Shown: positions 24,828 through 38,238 of the stretch, piece by piece
Numbering within the stretch: the first letter of the stretch is position 1
Layout: every line of letters starts with the position of its first letter
NCBI RefSeq assembly: GCF_001194135.2
Contig: NC_068993.1
Location: forward strand, 31,408,840-31,459,009
Source: Octopus bimaculoides
Lineage: Eukaryota
Direction: 5' to 3'
DNA: 50,170 bases
Program-made: the position numbers and the translations under genes
Notes under the pieces: model-generated
The model's database searches: none
What the model was told of the DNA's origin: nothing
What the model saw: only the letters and a program-made list of their open reading frames with translations

Positions 24828-27800
24828 CATAACTCTGCCGACGCCTGGTCCCAAGTCCTGGGAGAGAATGGAGGAGGGTTGGGCATAGGGCTAGCACCCT
24901 GATCCCGTAAAACCCCAACATGCTAAAGAAACATACAACAACAAATCTACTGACAATCGGCGCAAGGCAGACAGTTCTACCCAAGTTGTGACGATGGTGG
25001 GTGAAAGCTGAAAGGAAGCCCAATGTCTGATGAAAAACTCGATACTGAGGGCCAGCAAGGTGACAAAAATTGGAACCTGGAACGTGAGATCAATGTTCCA
25101 AACGGGCAGAATGGCCCAGGCTATCAGAGAATTTTAAAGGCACCAGTTAGAGATATTGGCTTTTTCAGAGGTGCGATGGACTGGCAGTGGCAAGATCAGC
25201 GGTGGTGAAACAACCTCACTGTACTCAGGACCAGAAGATGCGCACCAGAGAAAAGTTGGACTGGTGCTTAGTAAAGAAGCAGCAAGAGCATTGATTGGGT
25301 GGAATCCAGTCAAGGAGAGAATAATAACAGCAAGGCTGCAGTCAAGACATGCAAAAACAACCATCGTGTCACTATATGCACCAACAGAAGATACAGATGA
25401 TGAAGACAAAGACACCTTCTATCAGCTGTGTGAAGATGTGCTCAACAACATCCCAAGCCATAACATTGTACTGTTTGCTGGTGATATGAATGCGCAGATT
25501 GGCAACAACAGGGCAAGATTAGAACATACCATCGGGCCACATGGTTCAGCAACAGAAACCAATGACAATGGAGAGCGTCTTCTGCTATTCTGTAACATCA
25601 ATGGATTGTGCATTGGCAACATCTACTTTGCACATAAAAAATCCATAAGAAGACCTAGAGACCACCAGATCACAAGATAGAGAATGAAATTGACTACATC
25701 TGTATCAGCTAGAGGTGGAGCTCAGCACTGACTGATGTCAGAGTGTGAAGAGGTGCAGACGTTGGCTCTGACCATCACTTAGTTCAAGGACAAGTTCAAC
25801 TGAAGCTAAAAAAGATGCAAAAGCCAAAACCTATCACACCTTTTGCAGTGGAAAAGTTGTAAGATCAACAGAAATCATAACAGTTCAGGCTTGCACTTGA
25901 AAACAAGTTTGATCCACTGCTGCAAGCAACTGATATTGAAGAACAATGGGCAATATTCAGGGAGGCAGTAACAAAAGTTGCAGACGATCGGCTGGGCAGA
26001 AGAAGAGGGAAAAGAAAAGAAATTTGGATACAGAAATGAACCTAGGGCCTGATAGATGAGAGAAGAAAGATCAAGCAGGCAAGAGCGCAAGAAAAAACGA
26101 TGAATCCTAATACAAGACTCAGTGAGCAATACCAGATGGCAGATAGAGCAGTGAAGAGAAGCTGCAGAAAGGACAAGAATGCATGGTTTGAGCAGAAGAG
26201 TGAGGAAACACAGGTAGTAGCCAATCAAAATGACACCAGGACCCTCTACAAAATTGTCAAAGATTTGACTGCAGCTAGAGGGCCATCAGCAGTACCAGGA
26301 AAAGACAAAAACGGCACTGTACTCACAACAACAGAGCAACAAAGATCACGGTGGGCGGAGCATTTCCAGACAGTACTAAACCAGCCAAATCCAACAACAC
26401 TCTTCAATTTTGATAATGAAACTGGACAGCAACAGTTGGATGTAANNNNNNNNNNNNNNNNNNNNNNNNNNNNNNNNNNNNNNNNNNNNNNNNNNNNNNN
26501 NNNNNNNNNNNNNNNNNNNNNNNNNNNNNNNNNNNNNNNNNNNNNNNNNNNNNNNNNNNNNNNNNNNNNNNNNNNNNNNNNNNNNNNNNNNNNNNNNNNN
26601 NNNNNNNNNNNNNNNNNNNNNNNNNNNNNNNNNNNNNNNNNGCCTAAAAATGGGAATTTGGCAGACTGTAATAATTGGAGAGGTGTAACACCGCTTTCAG
26701 TACCTGGGAAAGTACTGAGTATTGTGCTGCTGGAAAGGCTGAGAGATGCTGCAGATGCAAGACTACGAGAGCAACAAGCTGGCTTTAGAAAAGGAAGATC
26801 ATGCTGTGAACAGATTTTCACCACAGAAACATCATTGAAAAGTGTGTAGAATTTCAAAGGCCACTTCAAATCAACTTTATTGACTTCAAGAAGGCATTCG
26901 ATTCTGTACACAGAGAATCGCTGTGGAAAATTGCCTCACTGTATGGCGTTCCGCAGAAATTCATACCAATAATTCAGAACACCTACAAGAACAGCAGTTG
27001 CTGCGTAAAAACGCAAAAGGGAAATACAGAATATTTTGCTATCAAAACAGGGGTGAGACAAGGCTGCATTATGTCACCATTCCTCTTCCTGCTGGCAGTT
27101 GATTTCATCATGAAAAAGGCAATAGACGGGAAAAAAACTGGGTATTGAATGGCAACAACAGCAGCAAAAACAAACAACAGCAGCAACAACAAAACCACCA
27201 ACAACAGTTGGCTGATCTTGACTTTACTGATGACATTGCAGTTCTGGAAGAATCCAGAGAAGGACTGAAGCAACTGAAAACAAATCTTGCTGAAACAGCT
27301 GGTAAAATTGGTCTCAGAATCAGTCATGAAAAGACCAAGGTTTATGCAAGTATGGGTTGAGGACAAACAAAGCGATGTAAAAATAACAGTTGGAAATCAG
27401 CCAGTTGAAGGTGTTACCAGCTTTTAATACCTGGGCAGCGTACTAGCGAGTGATGGAGGGTCAGATAGTGATGTCAAAGTGAGAGTTGGCAAAGCTGCAG
27501 CAGTTTTCAGAAAGATGGGGAAAATCTGGGCAAGTAAAAGCATTGATTGAAAATAAATCTGCCTCTATACAGTACCATCGTGTTACTAACAACAGTGAAA
27601 CTTGGAAAGTAACATCAACAATATCCAACTGGATGTATTCCATCAGAGGTGCTTGCGGAAAATATAGAAGATCTCCTATCGCGACCACATCACAAACACT
27701 GCAGTCCTCCAGCGAGCACAGTCAAGAAGGTTGCAAGACATCGAGACAGAGAGAAGAATGAGACTTGCCGGGCACATATTCCGCATGCCAGACCAAAGGC

Positions 27801-27980
27801 ACGCCAAATCAGCGTTTAGATGGGAACCACCTGGCGGAAAGAGAAAGAGAGGAAGACCAAAAACAACACGGCGCAGATCGTTCAAAGCAGACATAGCAGT
27901 AATAAACAGAGGCTGCCGATAGAGATCAGTGGAGATTGTTGTCTGCCCAATGCGCCACCAGACGCGGGATGGACTAAGGA
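24828..27980 (+). mobile_element. Near-full-length RTE-clade LINE (APE + RT), pseudogenised
   Basis: RTE-type 5' UTR. APE motifs GTWNVRS, SEVRWTGSG, YAPTE, GDMNAQIG, NEIDYI, GSDHHLV. RT motifs NWRGVT.LSVPGK, QAGFRKGRSC, FIDFKKAFDSV, GVRQGCIMSP, LDFTDDIA; RLAGHIFRM..RGRPK. Possible TSD CATATAT (24821-24827 / 27981-27987). Gap at 26446-26641. Confidence 0.95.
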
Positions 27981-28789
27981 CATATATTTTGGGGGTGACT
28001 AAAAAAAAGTTTTGGGCTTTAGCCCTTTGATGTATTAAATCTTAATAATCATAGTATATACTTATCCAATCCCAGTGGTGAATCTATTATACCACAGTTT
28101 ATATAAACACATTACTTTTTCTTAATAAGTCCTTCATTTTCAAATTTCCCCTAATTATACAATATTTTCTCTGTAATCTGTTACTAACATACCTCAATTT
28201 TTGTTCTACTTTGTATTTTGAATATATTTTCTTAATGTATTTCTAATGGTAATTTTAATTCTATTTTACCTCTATTAAAAGTCGGTATACTTATGCCTTT
28301 TTTCCAGCCAACATGAATAATTAATTAATATTCTGATTATAACCATTTATATAACAATTTCATTATAATATTTTCTTTATTTTCATTTTATATCACCATA
28401 TTTCCTTTTTTATATATCTTGGTATAGTATTTTTATTGGCTTACTTTTAAAAATTTTTTTAAAAGAACCGAATTTTTTTGGTATAATTTTTTTAATAATT
28501 CTTATTATAGTTTCTTATTACTTTTTGTATTATAATTATATTTTCTTATATTTCATCGCATATCTCATAAATCTCATATCTTACATCCTTATATCTTAAA
28601 ATTTTATATACATTTCTTATATTTTCATAATTTTTGCATGTTTTATTAATACTTTGAGTGTTTTAAAATTTTCTTTCATATATCCCACTGTGTACTGTGA
28701 ACCTAAAATTATAAAATTATTGTTTTTATTACACATTATATATATATATATATATTTATATGTTTCATATGGTTTATATTTGCTGCCTT

Positions 28790-28826
<37 letters not shown>

Positions 28827-29449
28827 TTATTTATTTATTTATTTATGTGTTTCAGCCAAGTGGCTGCGGTCATGCTGGTGCACCACCGTGAAGATATATN
28901 NNNNNNNNNNNNNNNNNNNNNNNNNNNNNNNNNNNNNNNNNNNNNNNNNNNNNNNNNNNNNNNNNNNNNNNNNNNNNNNNNNNNNNNNNNNNNNNNNNNN
29001 NNNNNNNNNNNNNNNNNNNNNNNNNNNNNNNNNNNNNNNNNNNNNNNNNNNNNNNNNNNNNNNNNNNNNNNNNNNNNNNNNNNNNNNNNNNNNNNNNNNN
29101 NNNNNNNNCTTACATTATATTTTATATTTATATTTGGTTATTTTTTTTTATTTTCTCATATTTTTGAAGTTTTTATATCAAAAAAATCTGGTGTCAATTT
29201 ATAATTTTTAATTTTTTTCATAAAATTCGTTATAACTGCAATCTTATATTATCATATATTAAATTATACGTTATCCATTATTTAGTTATATTTGAAATTT
29301 CTTTATAGCTTTTATATATCGAAGTATTTATATTTTGCTTTAATGTTACAAGTAAACTAAGTTTAAAACTTACTCCCTCCATTTCTCTCTTAACTTATAC
29401 CCCACTCATAATCCTTTAAGAGGTATTCCTTTTTAACAGTTCACTCTTA

Positions 29450-29760
29450 CTTCCCCTTTCAGATGACAATCAAAATAAGCATTATTAGCTATCTGCATCC
29501 CCGCTTTTCTTTATATATTCACCACTCCCCCACCAGACGTTCTCGTTTACCCCCCCAATACCTACTCTTTTGTGTTGATATAGCCCGATGTAATGTTCCA
29601 TTTTCTTAGATAGTAGAAAGGTCTGTTATGATACTAATTAACGTGTAACTCCCCAAATATATCATTTTAGATGTTTTGAAGACTACATTCTCCCTATTGC
29701 CTTCGATGTGTAGATAACAGGGTCACTACTCACATTCATCCATCCCCAACACTCTAGTCT
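29450..29760 (-). mobile_element. Very eroded Penelope GIY-YIG remnant
   Basis: Weak minus-strand ..DG..C..VIY....YLG pattern. Confidence 0.3.
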
Positions 29761-30455
29761 ATGCTAATTTATGGCTTGTCTGTCGCTATATAGTCTTCTT
29801 TTCAGTCGGCTAAAAGAAAAAAATTAGTATCGAAATCATCGTAAATATTTGCACTCTATTAATGATATGAATATGTTTAAATATCTAACTTTTCATTTAT
29901 GCTTGAAGTCTATGCGGTCTTCCGATGGGAACGGTTTTCTTTGTACTGATGTAATGCTTTCATTGATCAATTAAAGGACTCGCTCGAAACGGCCGTAATG
30001 AATTGAAACTTATGCATCTTTGTTACTCATATTTTACTCACCTACCCTGGAATTTGCACTGCGGAAGTATTTGGCAAGTATCTTTAGATAAAGAACATGT
30101 CTGAATGAACAAACAAAAGCGGATTTATTCACTAAGTTGGATCGTGCCATCCGCATACACTGAATAATATAGGGTTGAAAAAAATCTATGTAGGGTCTGA
30201 TAATCACCTAACATTGTCAAACAAGCGTGCAAATAAATTCGTCCTAACAAGGTGCCTCAGTTTAAGCACCTACTTCAGCTGAAGCTAAATTACATTATAT
30301 ATACATTATATAGACGATATTTGCAATCCATACGGTACAACCCTATCTGATTCTTCAAGTGCCAGTAGATTGCTGACATTTAGAACGGTCTCTACAATTT
30401 CCATCATAAATAAAACTGTCTGAATTATTAACCACACAGGTATCCTCGTACACAC

Positions 30456-30487
<32 letters not shown>

Positions 30488-31541
30488 NNNNNNNNNNNNN
30501 NNNNNNNNNNNNNNNNNNNNNNNNNNNNNNNNNNNNNNNNNNNNNNNNNNNNNNNNNNNNNNNNNNNNNNNNNNNNNNNNNNNNNNNNNNNNNNNNNNNN
30601 NNNNNNNNNNNNNNNNNNNNNNNNNNNNNNNNNNNNNNNNNNNNNNNNNNNNNNNNNNNNNNNNNNNNNNNNNNNNNNNNNNNNNNNNNNNNNNNNNNNN
30701 NNNNNNNNNNNNNNNNNNNNNNNNNNNNNNNNNNNNNNNNNNNNNNNNNNNNNNNNNNNNNNNNNNNNNNNNNNNNNNNNNNNNNNNNNNNNNNNNNNNN
30801 NNNNNNNNNNNNNNNNNNNNNNNNNNNNNNNNNNNNNNNNNNNNNNNNNACTCTGAAATCTAGTGTTCCTGCTGCACATTCTGCCAACGTTCTCCTTGTC
30901 CATTCATTAATGCTAATTTTAATTCTTGCCTTAAGCATAAAAACAAGAAACCTGATTTTTATTATAAGAACTCAAAACAAATGCACATCGTTATATTTCT
31001 TTCTATTTCGTAATAGTCACTTCGAAGTTTCAGCAATTTTGTTGGCTTGTTTTCTGAGATTCTAACATGCGATGTCTAGTAACAGATATTAAATATGGAT
31101 CTATTCCTCGGGAGAGAGAGAGCGAACGCGAGAGAGAGAGAGCGAGAGCGAGAGGGAGAGGTGGCGGGTAGAGAGAGATTTGTTCCAATGTTTTCAAGAA
31201 GTTTATGGCAATAATGATGAATAATGTTTAGAATGTCAGTTCGCACACTGTGTAAGGAGGGGATATTAGGGGAAGGATATAATCGGAAAAAATATAGAGA
31301 TATCGGAGAGGTATGTGGCGGGGTTTAGGGTACCTAGACCTAAAGGTAAAGGAAGACTTGTGTGTTTCGGTATTGAAGGGAAACGCTAAAGGTGCTGAAA
31401 ATAGCTGACAACAGAGAAACATGTAGTCCTATTCATTTAGGCACAAATGTATGCGCAGTCATTTGTACATCAGCACGTATAAAAACACTCACTCATATAC
31501 ATACACACACATACACACACACATACACACACACATACACA

Positions 31542-31606
<65 letters not shown>

Positions 31607-32646
31607 ATTTATACAGACACACACATTACATTAAATTGCCAGTTTTAAGCAAGTCAAGCGGACATCCAAATCTCCAAGTTTTGCCAATTAAAGCAGCGAC
31701 ACAAGTTAAACATTGTAATTTTCTGATAATTATCCCCATGACAAAATATATCATGCAAACCAGATATCTGTACGATGTATTTAATTATATAAGCAGAACG
31801 TAAACTTAATACCTATTAAATCGTAGAGAAACTTCTTGAAAACTTGACATTTTTCATGTGTCATTAGCTTATTAGCATCACAACACAGCCCACCTAAGTA
31901 AAACATTTGCATTGTATCTGTTAACACCGGATCAACTCTGATCAAGTTATTCTATGGTCGAATATCTTCCAGACCTAACGATCTAATCTTCAGTTTTAGT
32001 CATGCAGTCACTAGAACTATACTATGAAATGTCTCCTGTGCAAGGTTTGAGGAATGTATATCGGCTATTTCTAGCATATAAACAACGATCAATTTAAGGT
32101 CTTATGAGATTTTACTACACAGCCACTTCTAGCAAGTTGGCCAGATATACTATCGTTCTGGACAAAGGGTTAAAACAGTGCATCATCACATATGACTCTA
32201 TCTGCGGGTATGAATGTACAGGTTAAAGAAATGGAGAAAATACGAAAATACTGCTATTCTTACATAATATATTTTGCAACAAATAATGAAGATTTTATTA
32301 GTAATATTTTATAAAAAATGGTAGAAAAAGCGACACCATACAATACTTCAATGTCCTAGACGTACTAAATAAATATCCCTCAAAGGAAATCCTAAATAGG
32401 AAACATTAGATAATGCAAGTAAAAAACATATTGGATAATACCAAATAAAAATGATGGGATGATCATGACTAATAGGAAAATGTTTTGACAATATGCCAGT
32501 TCAGAGCTGACCTAGGGATAAACAACAGAAATAGGTACACTAGTAAAGCTGTAATGCAATGGTGAAGGAACTACACTGAATTCAAATTAATTATTAGCGA
32601 TTGAAGCTGTATTAATATCAAAAGGTGATGCTTATATCCAAATTAA

Positions 32647-33369
32647 AATGGCTGTCTTGTTAGAACGTCGAATACTGCATTATTAGCCTTTAGAGATCCT
32701 TTCATATAGGAACTTGATGCATAGAATACACACATAGATCCTGGCAGACGAGAACCGTCTGTTATGGGCGCCGGAGTTCTCATTTCACGTGATTTCATTC
32801 TACTGGAGACCATCAGAGGGAGGCGCATACCAGTCAAATCTCGCTACTATGATATTGAAAAAATTAAGCATCTTCCAAATTACCAGCAGGTCTATTTAAA
32901 ATTAATTATTATCGACCTAAGTAGTATTAATGGCAAAAGGTAATCTTTATACCCAACTTAATATAAATGCCTTTTTAGAAGGCATCCATATGAATTACGT
33001 GATTTTATTCTTCCGGAAATCATCAGTGAGAAGAGCCCGCTGTTCACTGCATGCCAGTATTAAAACATCTTGGTACTAATACTGTTTCATTGCCAATAAT
33101 TCATTTTTAAAGAGCCCTTCAGCTATTTTTGACATGAGTATGAAAAGATACTGATATTGTGTACATCGTAGCGGCGCGATTTGATTGCTATGCGGTGACC
33201 AAACGCTTCCAGTAGAATGAAATTACGTGATATGGGAATTCCGATGCCCATGGCAGACGATTCTCAGCTGCTACGATCTATGTGTGTATTTTCATGCACT
33301 AAGTGCCTATGTGATAGCATCTCTCAAGGCAAATAACGCAGTATTCGATGTGCTAACAAGGCATCCATA
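32647..33369. mobile_element. Foldback/MITE-like element with ~215-bp imperfect terminal inverted repeats, TTAA on both sides
   Basis: 32647-~32860 is the reverse complement of ~33160-33369 (e.g. aatacacacatagatc, tttcattctactgga). TTAA at 32643-32646 and 33370-33373. Confidence 0.7.
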
Positions 33370-34321
33370 TTAAGTTTCTTTAATCTAAATTTCACAATAT
33401 CGAGTGGATATGGTTTGTGTGGCAAGTTCATTAACCTATTTTGGTGAGGACGCACCACTTAATATTGTTGGGTCTGCTCACAGTTGTCTAAGCACAGGGT
33501 TCTTACTTTCATCCAGAGGGAATCGGTTATTTTAAATTTTCTGATCTGCGAATACGACACTGTATTCCTGTCAGGATACAAACCGCTGATCTATGAACTC
33601 GATGTAAGACATCCTCTCTACCAAGCTATCTACATTTTCCGTCTATGGAATATGATGCGCATTTCTTATTGATCAAAGCTAAGTTAATTTCGCTTTGATG
33701 TAAGCGAACCCAAATGTTAGTTCTGTTGTTGTTAAAATGGTAACAATTAATTTCTACATATTCTCCAAACGATACCGGTTCAGCTGCTTTCTAGATATTT
33801 AAAGTGTGAAGTGAAAAATACGAGAAGATAAACACGGAAATATATAAGAATTATAAATATAACTGCAGAGTTTATAACTTCCAATTATTTGTATTTCACA
33901 TCTTAGTGAAACGTTTAACACGATTGGTCTCGCTGTTTGATCAACGAAGTCCATGATTTTTTTTTTATTAGCTCAGTGTTTACTGAACAAATGTTTAACT
34001 TTGAGTAATCGAATGCTCTATTCTACAATTTCAAATCCAAAGCAACTTTAACCATTATTTATGCTAAATTTCTGGCTTGTTTAAAGATAAACACCAGAAT
34101 AAGATTAATGTAATAAACACCTACATGTCATCGAACTTCTGCCAGGCACATGCAGAATGTACAGAGATTGGAATTTTATTTTTTTATTTTTTTATTTCAC
34201 AAAATTAAATGATGCAAAAGCAGACATTCTTTCAGATGAACTGGTAGATAATTCCTAATAACTTTTCAGTTTCGTTTTATTTTCTCCTATTTCAAGATGA
34301 TAATACTAATAGTTTCAAATT

Positions 34322-34570
34322 TTAGCATAGGTCTAACAATTTTAAGAGAAGAGGTTAATCAATACCACTGATCCCAGAACTTGACTGATACTTTATTCTA
34401 TTGATCCCGAAGAGATGAAAGACAAAGTTGACATTCTAGAGAGCCATAGTATAATCCTGCGAGGCATTTCTGTCTGCACATTCACGAATTAACAAATCAA
34501 ATATTAAAATAATAATCGTTTCTACTATAGACAAAAATCTTGAAATTTGGGCCGGGGGACTAGTTGATAT
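34322..34570 (-). mobile_element. Two SINE fragments
   Basis: gatcccagaacttgactgatactttattctattgatcccgaagagatgaaagacaaagttgac and taatcgtttctactatag...ggggactagttgat are reverse copies of the SINE at 43374-43590. Confidence 0.65.
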
Positions 34571-35037
34571 ATAGTTCTAGTCTGTTATCTTTTTCGTCAG
34601 CGTTGAAAACTTGTTTGTCCGTGACCTTTGCGTTTCTTATGTTAAAAGCAGTCATTTTGAAGCTGTTTATTTTTTTTTTTTTTTACGACTTCTTGTCAAA
34701 ACCAAGGAAAATACTTCAATATGAAGAACATTAAATGCAGGTTAAAAGCATTGGTTTCTCTTTCCTCATCAAGGTTAGAAAGTTATTTGCATGTAATTGC
34801 AAATGGATTTAGTTTGTTTTCGAATACTGGATGTTTTACCAATTTTGTCTCTTCTTTCTCAATCTTTCTGTCTCTTACTTCAATGTTAGAAACTTGCTTG
34901 ATTGCAGCGCGCCCACCCATTTCCATCCCTATACCAAAAACATTTGTACCGGATATCTTGATAACGAAAGTATTGGAATCCAATCTTACCCCATTACCTT
35001 CAACGGAATCTTCATAATGATAATGTTAGTAACGATC

Positions 35038-35052
35038 ATAATAATAATAATA

Positions 35053-35105
<53 letters not shown>

Positions 35106-35120
35106 CATAATAATAATAAT
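35038..35120. repeat. (AAT)n microsatellite
   Basis: Seen directly. Confidence 0.95.
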
Positions 35121-35299
35121 TGAGATGGTAATTGTTGCGATATTGATAATACTACGGCTGTAGTGATAGTAATAATGTTGGTAGTGACAGCATTGGCAGT
35201 AATAATAGTAATAATGTTATTGGTAGAAAGATGTCATAGTATTAATATGTCAGATCACTTTTAGTACTACTGGTAACATGTAAACTACTACAACCCGTT

Positions 35300-36300
35300 T
35301 CGCTGTTGGACTGTTGGTGGCAAACTTGTCTGGCACTTACTTGGTAAGGAAAGAGACTTTTGTTGCATATCCTACAAGACGAAAACCGAAACCTGTTAAT
35401 GGGATAAATGAGCAGATGAACTCACTAGCGTCAATGCACAACCAATTTTATGAACCTTTATTAGCTGCGAAAATAAATACTGGAGGTAGTGATCAGCCAC
35501 AGCACAACCAGCTTCAATAAGAGCAGACAGGCCTCTCAAAATTCTTGGTTGACAACTTGTCTTGTGATGGTGGCACGATATAACTGCAGGTTGATGGTAA
35601 GCTTGGAACACATACCTTACTTATGAGAAAAATTTCAATAGTTGAAGGTAATAGTAACGACGTCCACGATGTTGGCGCTTTTAGCGAATGTGTCACGTTG
35701 GTTAGGTGTTCTGTGGAACTGCGGCTCAAGCTACTGCTGACCCTGGACAGCGAAGGAGATTACAATGAACAAAAGTGAATAACAAATTGTTGTTTGAATA
35801 TTGCATTAGGAGTGAGTTGGGGGAAGGCTGTATGAAAATAGTACTAGAGCTCTGGAAAAATATTGTCTACATGATAAAATGAACGGTGATGATATGAAGG
35901 ATGAGAGTGGACAAAGATTAGTTGATCAGATTAGACAAAAGAAGATATTGATGGCAGCTACTCAGGTGTTTTGAGTGATGTTGTTAACAAATCACGGAAA
36001 CAACATCCGACGAAAGAAGAGCTTTATGGAAATATCCCCAACATACCACCAATCATTCGAGCGCGGGGGACAGGATATGCCGGTCACTGATGTGGAGGCA
36101 AAGAATTAGTATGTAGATATCTTTACTCGGTCCTGAGGCTTGGGAATTCATATGTTCACGACCAAGAACGATGTACATTGATCATCTCAGGTGATGCTAA
36201 ATAACAAATAGAGGACCTCAAAAATGTCATGAAAGAGAGGAACGCTTGGTGAGAAAGAATGGTTTTGGTCCGGTCAACCCACCCAAAACATAGTTAGATA
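35300..36300 (+). mobile_element. Decayed RTE-type LINE 3' fragment
   Basis: ELYGNIPNIPPIIRAR..GYAGH and EDLKNVMKERNAW resemble the RTE C-terminal thumb and tail. Confidence 0.5.
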
Positions 36301-36334
36301 GGGTGACATGTCAAGCGTACAAATTACCACAGTA

Positions 36335-36985
36335 ATAATTCTCATTTTTCACAATCTCTTTATTTCGTTGCTCAACTCTGATATTTCCCTATTTCTTTGG
36401 TATCCCATCTATTATATACTAGTGCAAAGTATATGAAATTACACAGCTTTTTTTTTGTTTTGGTTTTTTGTCACTTTTCTTGTTTCATATTGTCATATCT
36501 GGTCTACTTGCTTCCATAGTATGGCTAGTCTTTGTGGGGAAATACTACAAAATCCTGTAATTATTCTTCTCCATCACAGCTTCCGGCCACTTTTCTGCTA
36601 CTTATAATACACACTCTTGGCTAATATCCCAAAACACTATCTTACCGACACTGTCATGCCTCTTCTTATATTCTGGTTGTATTAGATACTGTATTCACTT
36701 GAGATGGTTAAAAGTTTTGTTTAGTTTCCTATATCTTCTGCGTTTACTCTCTGACAGACTTTAATCAATTCTTTCTCTTTATCAAATTCGTTGTAATTTC
36801 TTCTTCCTCAGCAGCTATAATTAACGATTTTATTTCTCGTTTCAGGTTCCCACCTCTCAGACACAGCCAGCGTTCTTTACTTTATCGGCTTGTTTCAAGT
36901 ATAGGCCATGTAATTCCTTCTCTTTCCTGTTATTTCCATACCATTTTCCAACTGCTCCTAAGTTCTTTATTTTTCACTATTTTTT
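36335..36985 (-). mobile_element. R4/Dong-type 3' fragment (REL region)
   Basis: Minus-strand EYKKRHDSVGKIVFWD..ILW..SRPDMTI..KYQ. Confidence 0.65.
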
Positions 36986-37067
36986 TGTATATTATGCGAC
37001 GATAAAAGTATTCTTTTTTTCAAAAACACAGTGTGGTAGTACTGTTATTATTATTGTCATAATTTTT

Positions 37068-37111
37068 ATCATCATCATCATCATCTTCATCATCATCTTC
37101 ATCATCATCAA

Positions 37112-37168
<57 letters not shown>
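37068..37168. repeat. (CAT)n microsatellite
   Basis: Seen directly; source of the poly-M/poly-D artefact ORFs. Confidence 0.95.
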
Positions 37169-37199
37169 TATTATTAATATCATTATTATTATTATTACT

Positions 37200-38238
37200 A
37201 TTATTATTGAGTGAGAGAGCAGTGCATACCATCAAAGTGACACTGAGGTAAAACATACGGATCCCAGTATAGCCATCATAAATAACCGTCTGATAAGAGT
37301 GCACCAGATACATACATCACAACCACATGTGCGCGACCACTCAAAAGGTTTCTCAATACATGGACTATGGATACTCCTCCACTACTTCTGCTCGTGATCA
37401 TATATATGTACATATCGTCAGCCAGTAAGGGAGATGTTCAAATGGTTAAGACCAAACAACTGAGAAGCAAATCTGTGGTATTGAGCTGAATATTTGCTGT
37501 AGCCCATTTTTAATACCAAAGCATATCATGTACATGATAACACGTCCAATCAGTTAAGATAAGAATCCATGAAAGCCAGTGCCAGGTACTGTATCAGGGC
37601 ATGGGTACACCAGGCACATGCATCACAACCATATGTGCACGATATGTTCATCTCGTAGCAAAATAAACAGCGCATGACTTTATTATTATTATTACTATTG
37701 AATGAGAGAGCAATGCATGCTATCAAAATGACTCTGAGATAAAATATACGAAGCCCAGTATATCCATCATGACTACCTGTCTGATAAGGGTACACCAGGC
37801 ACATGGATCACAACCATATGTGCGCGACACGGTGGTCTCATATCAAGATTAAAAGCTCATGACATTGCAGGTGGGGTCCAGTTAGAATTTTCTTCAGGTC
37901 GAGTAGCCCATCCCGTTTAAAATGTCCTTGAATAAGGGTTGTTTAAGGAACAAAACATCCTTGTTTCCAGAGGTGAATTATCCAAACCCAAAGAATTCCT
38001 CTCAACACATGACTACGATGCTCCCTCACTACTTCTGCCCGTGACACATATCGTCAGCCACTAAGGGACATGTTCAATTGGTTAAGGTCAAGCAACCGAC
38101 ATGCAAATCTGTGGTATTGAGCAGAATATTTACTGTAACTCATCTTTTATACCATGACAAAACAATGTACATGATAACACGTCCAATCAGTTAAGATGAG
38201 AAGCCATGAGAGCCACTGCCTGGTACTGCATTAGGGCG
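37200..38238 (-). mobile_element. Tandem stack of copies of one retroposon 3'-end/SINE family, each ending in (TAA)n
   Basis: 37200-37595 and 37685-38238 share gagagagcag/atgcat..catcaaa, cgtctgataag, cactacttctgc, catatcgtcagcca and atgataacacgtccaatcagttaagat. A third piece lies at ~37596-37680. Confidence 0.7.

Noticed and set aside
34721-35017. Overlapping short ORFs on both strands in unique-looking DNA
   Set aside because: No recognisable domain, and the candidate acceptor at 34889 is not phase-compatible with the 33517-33603 candidate exon.
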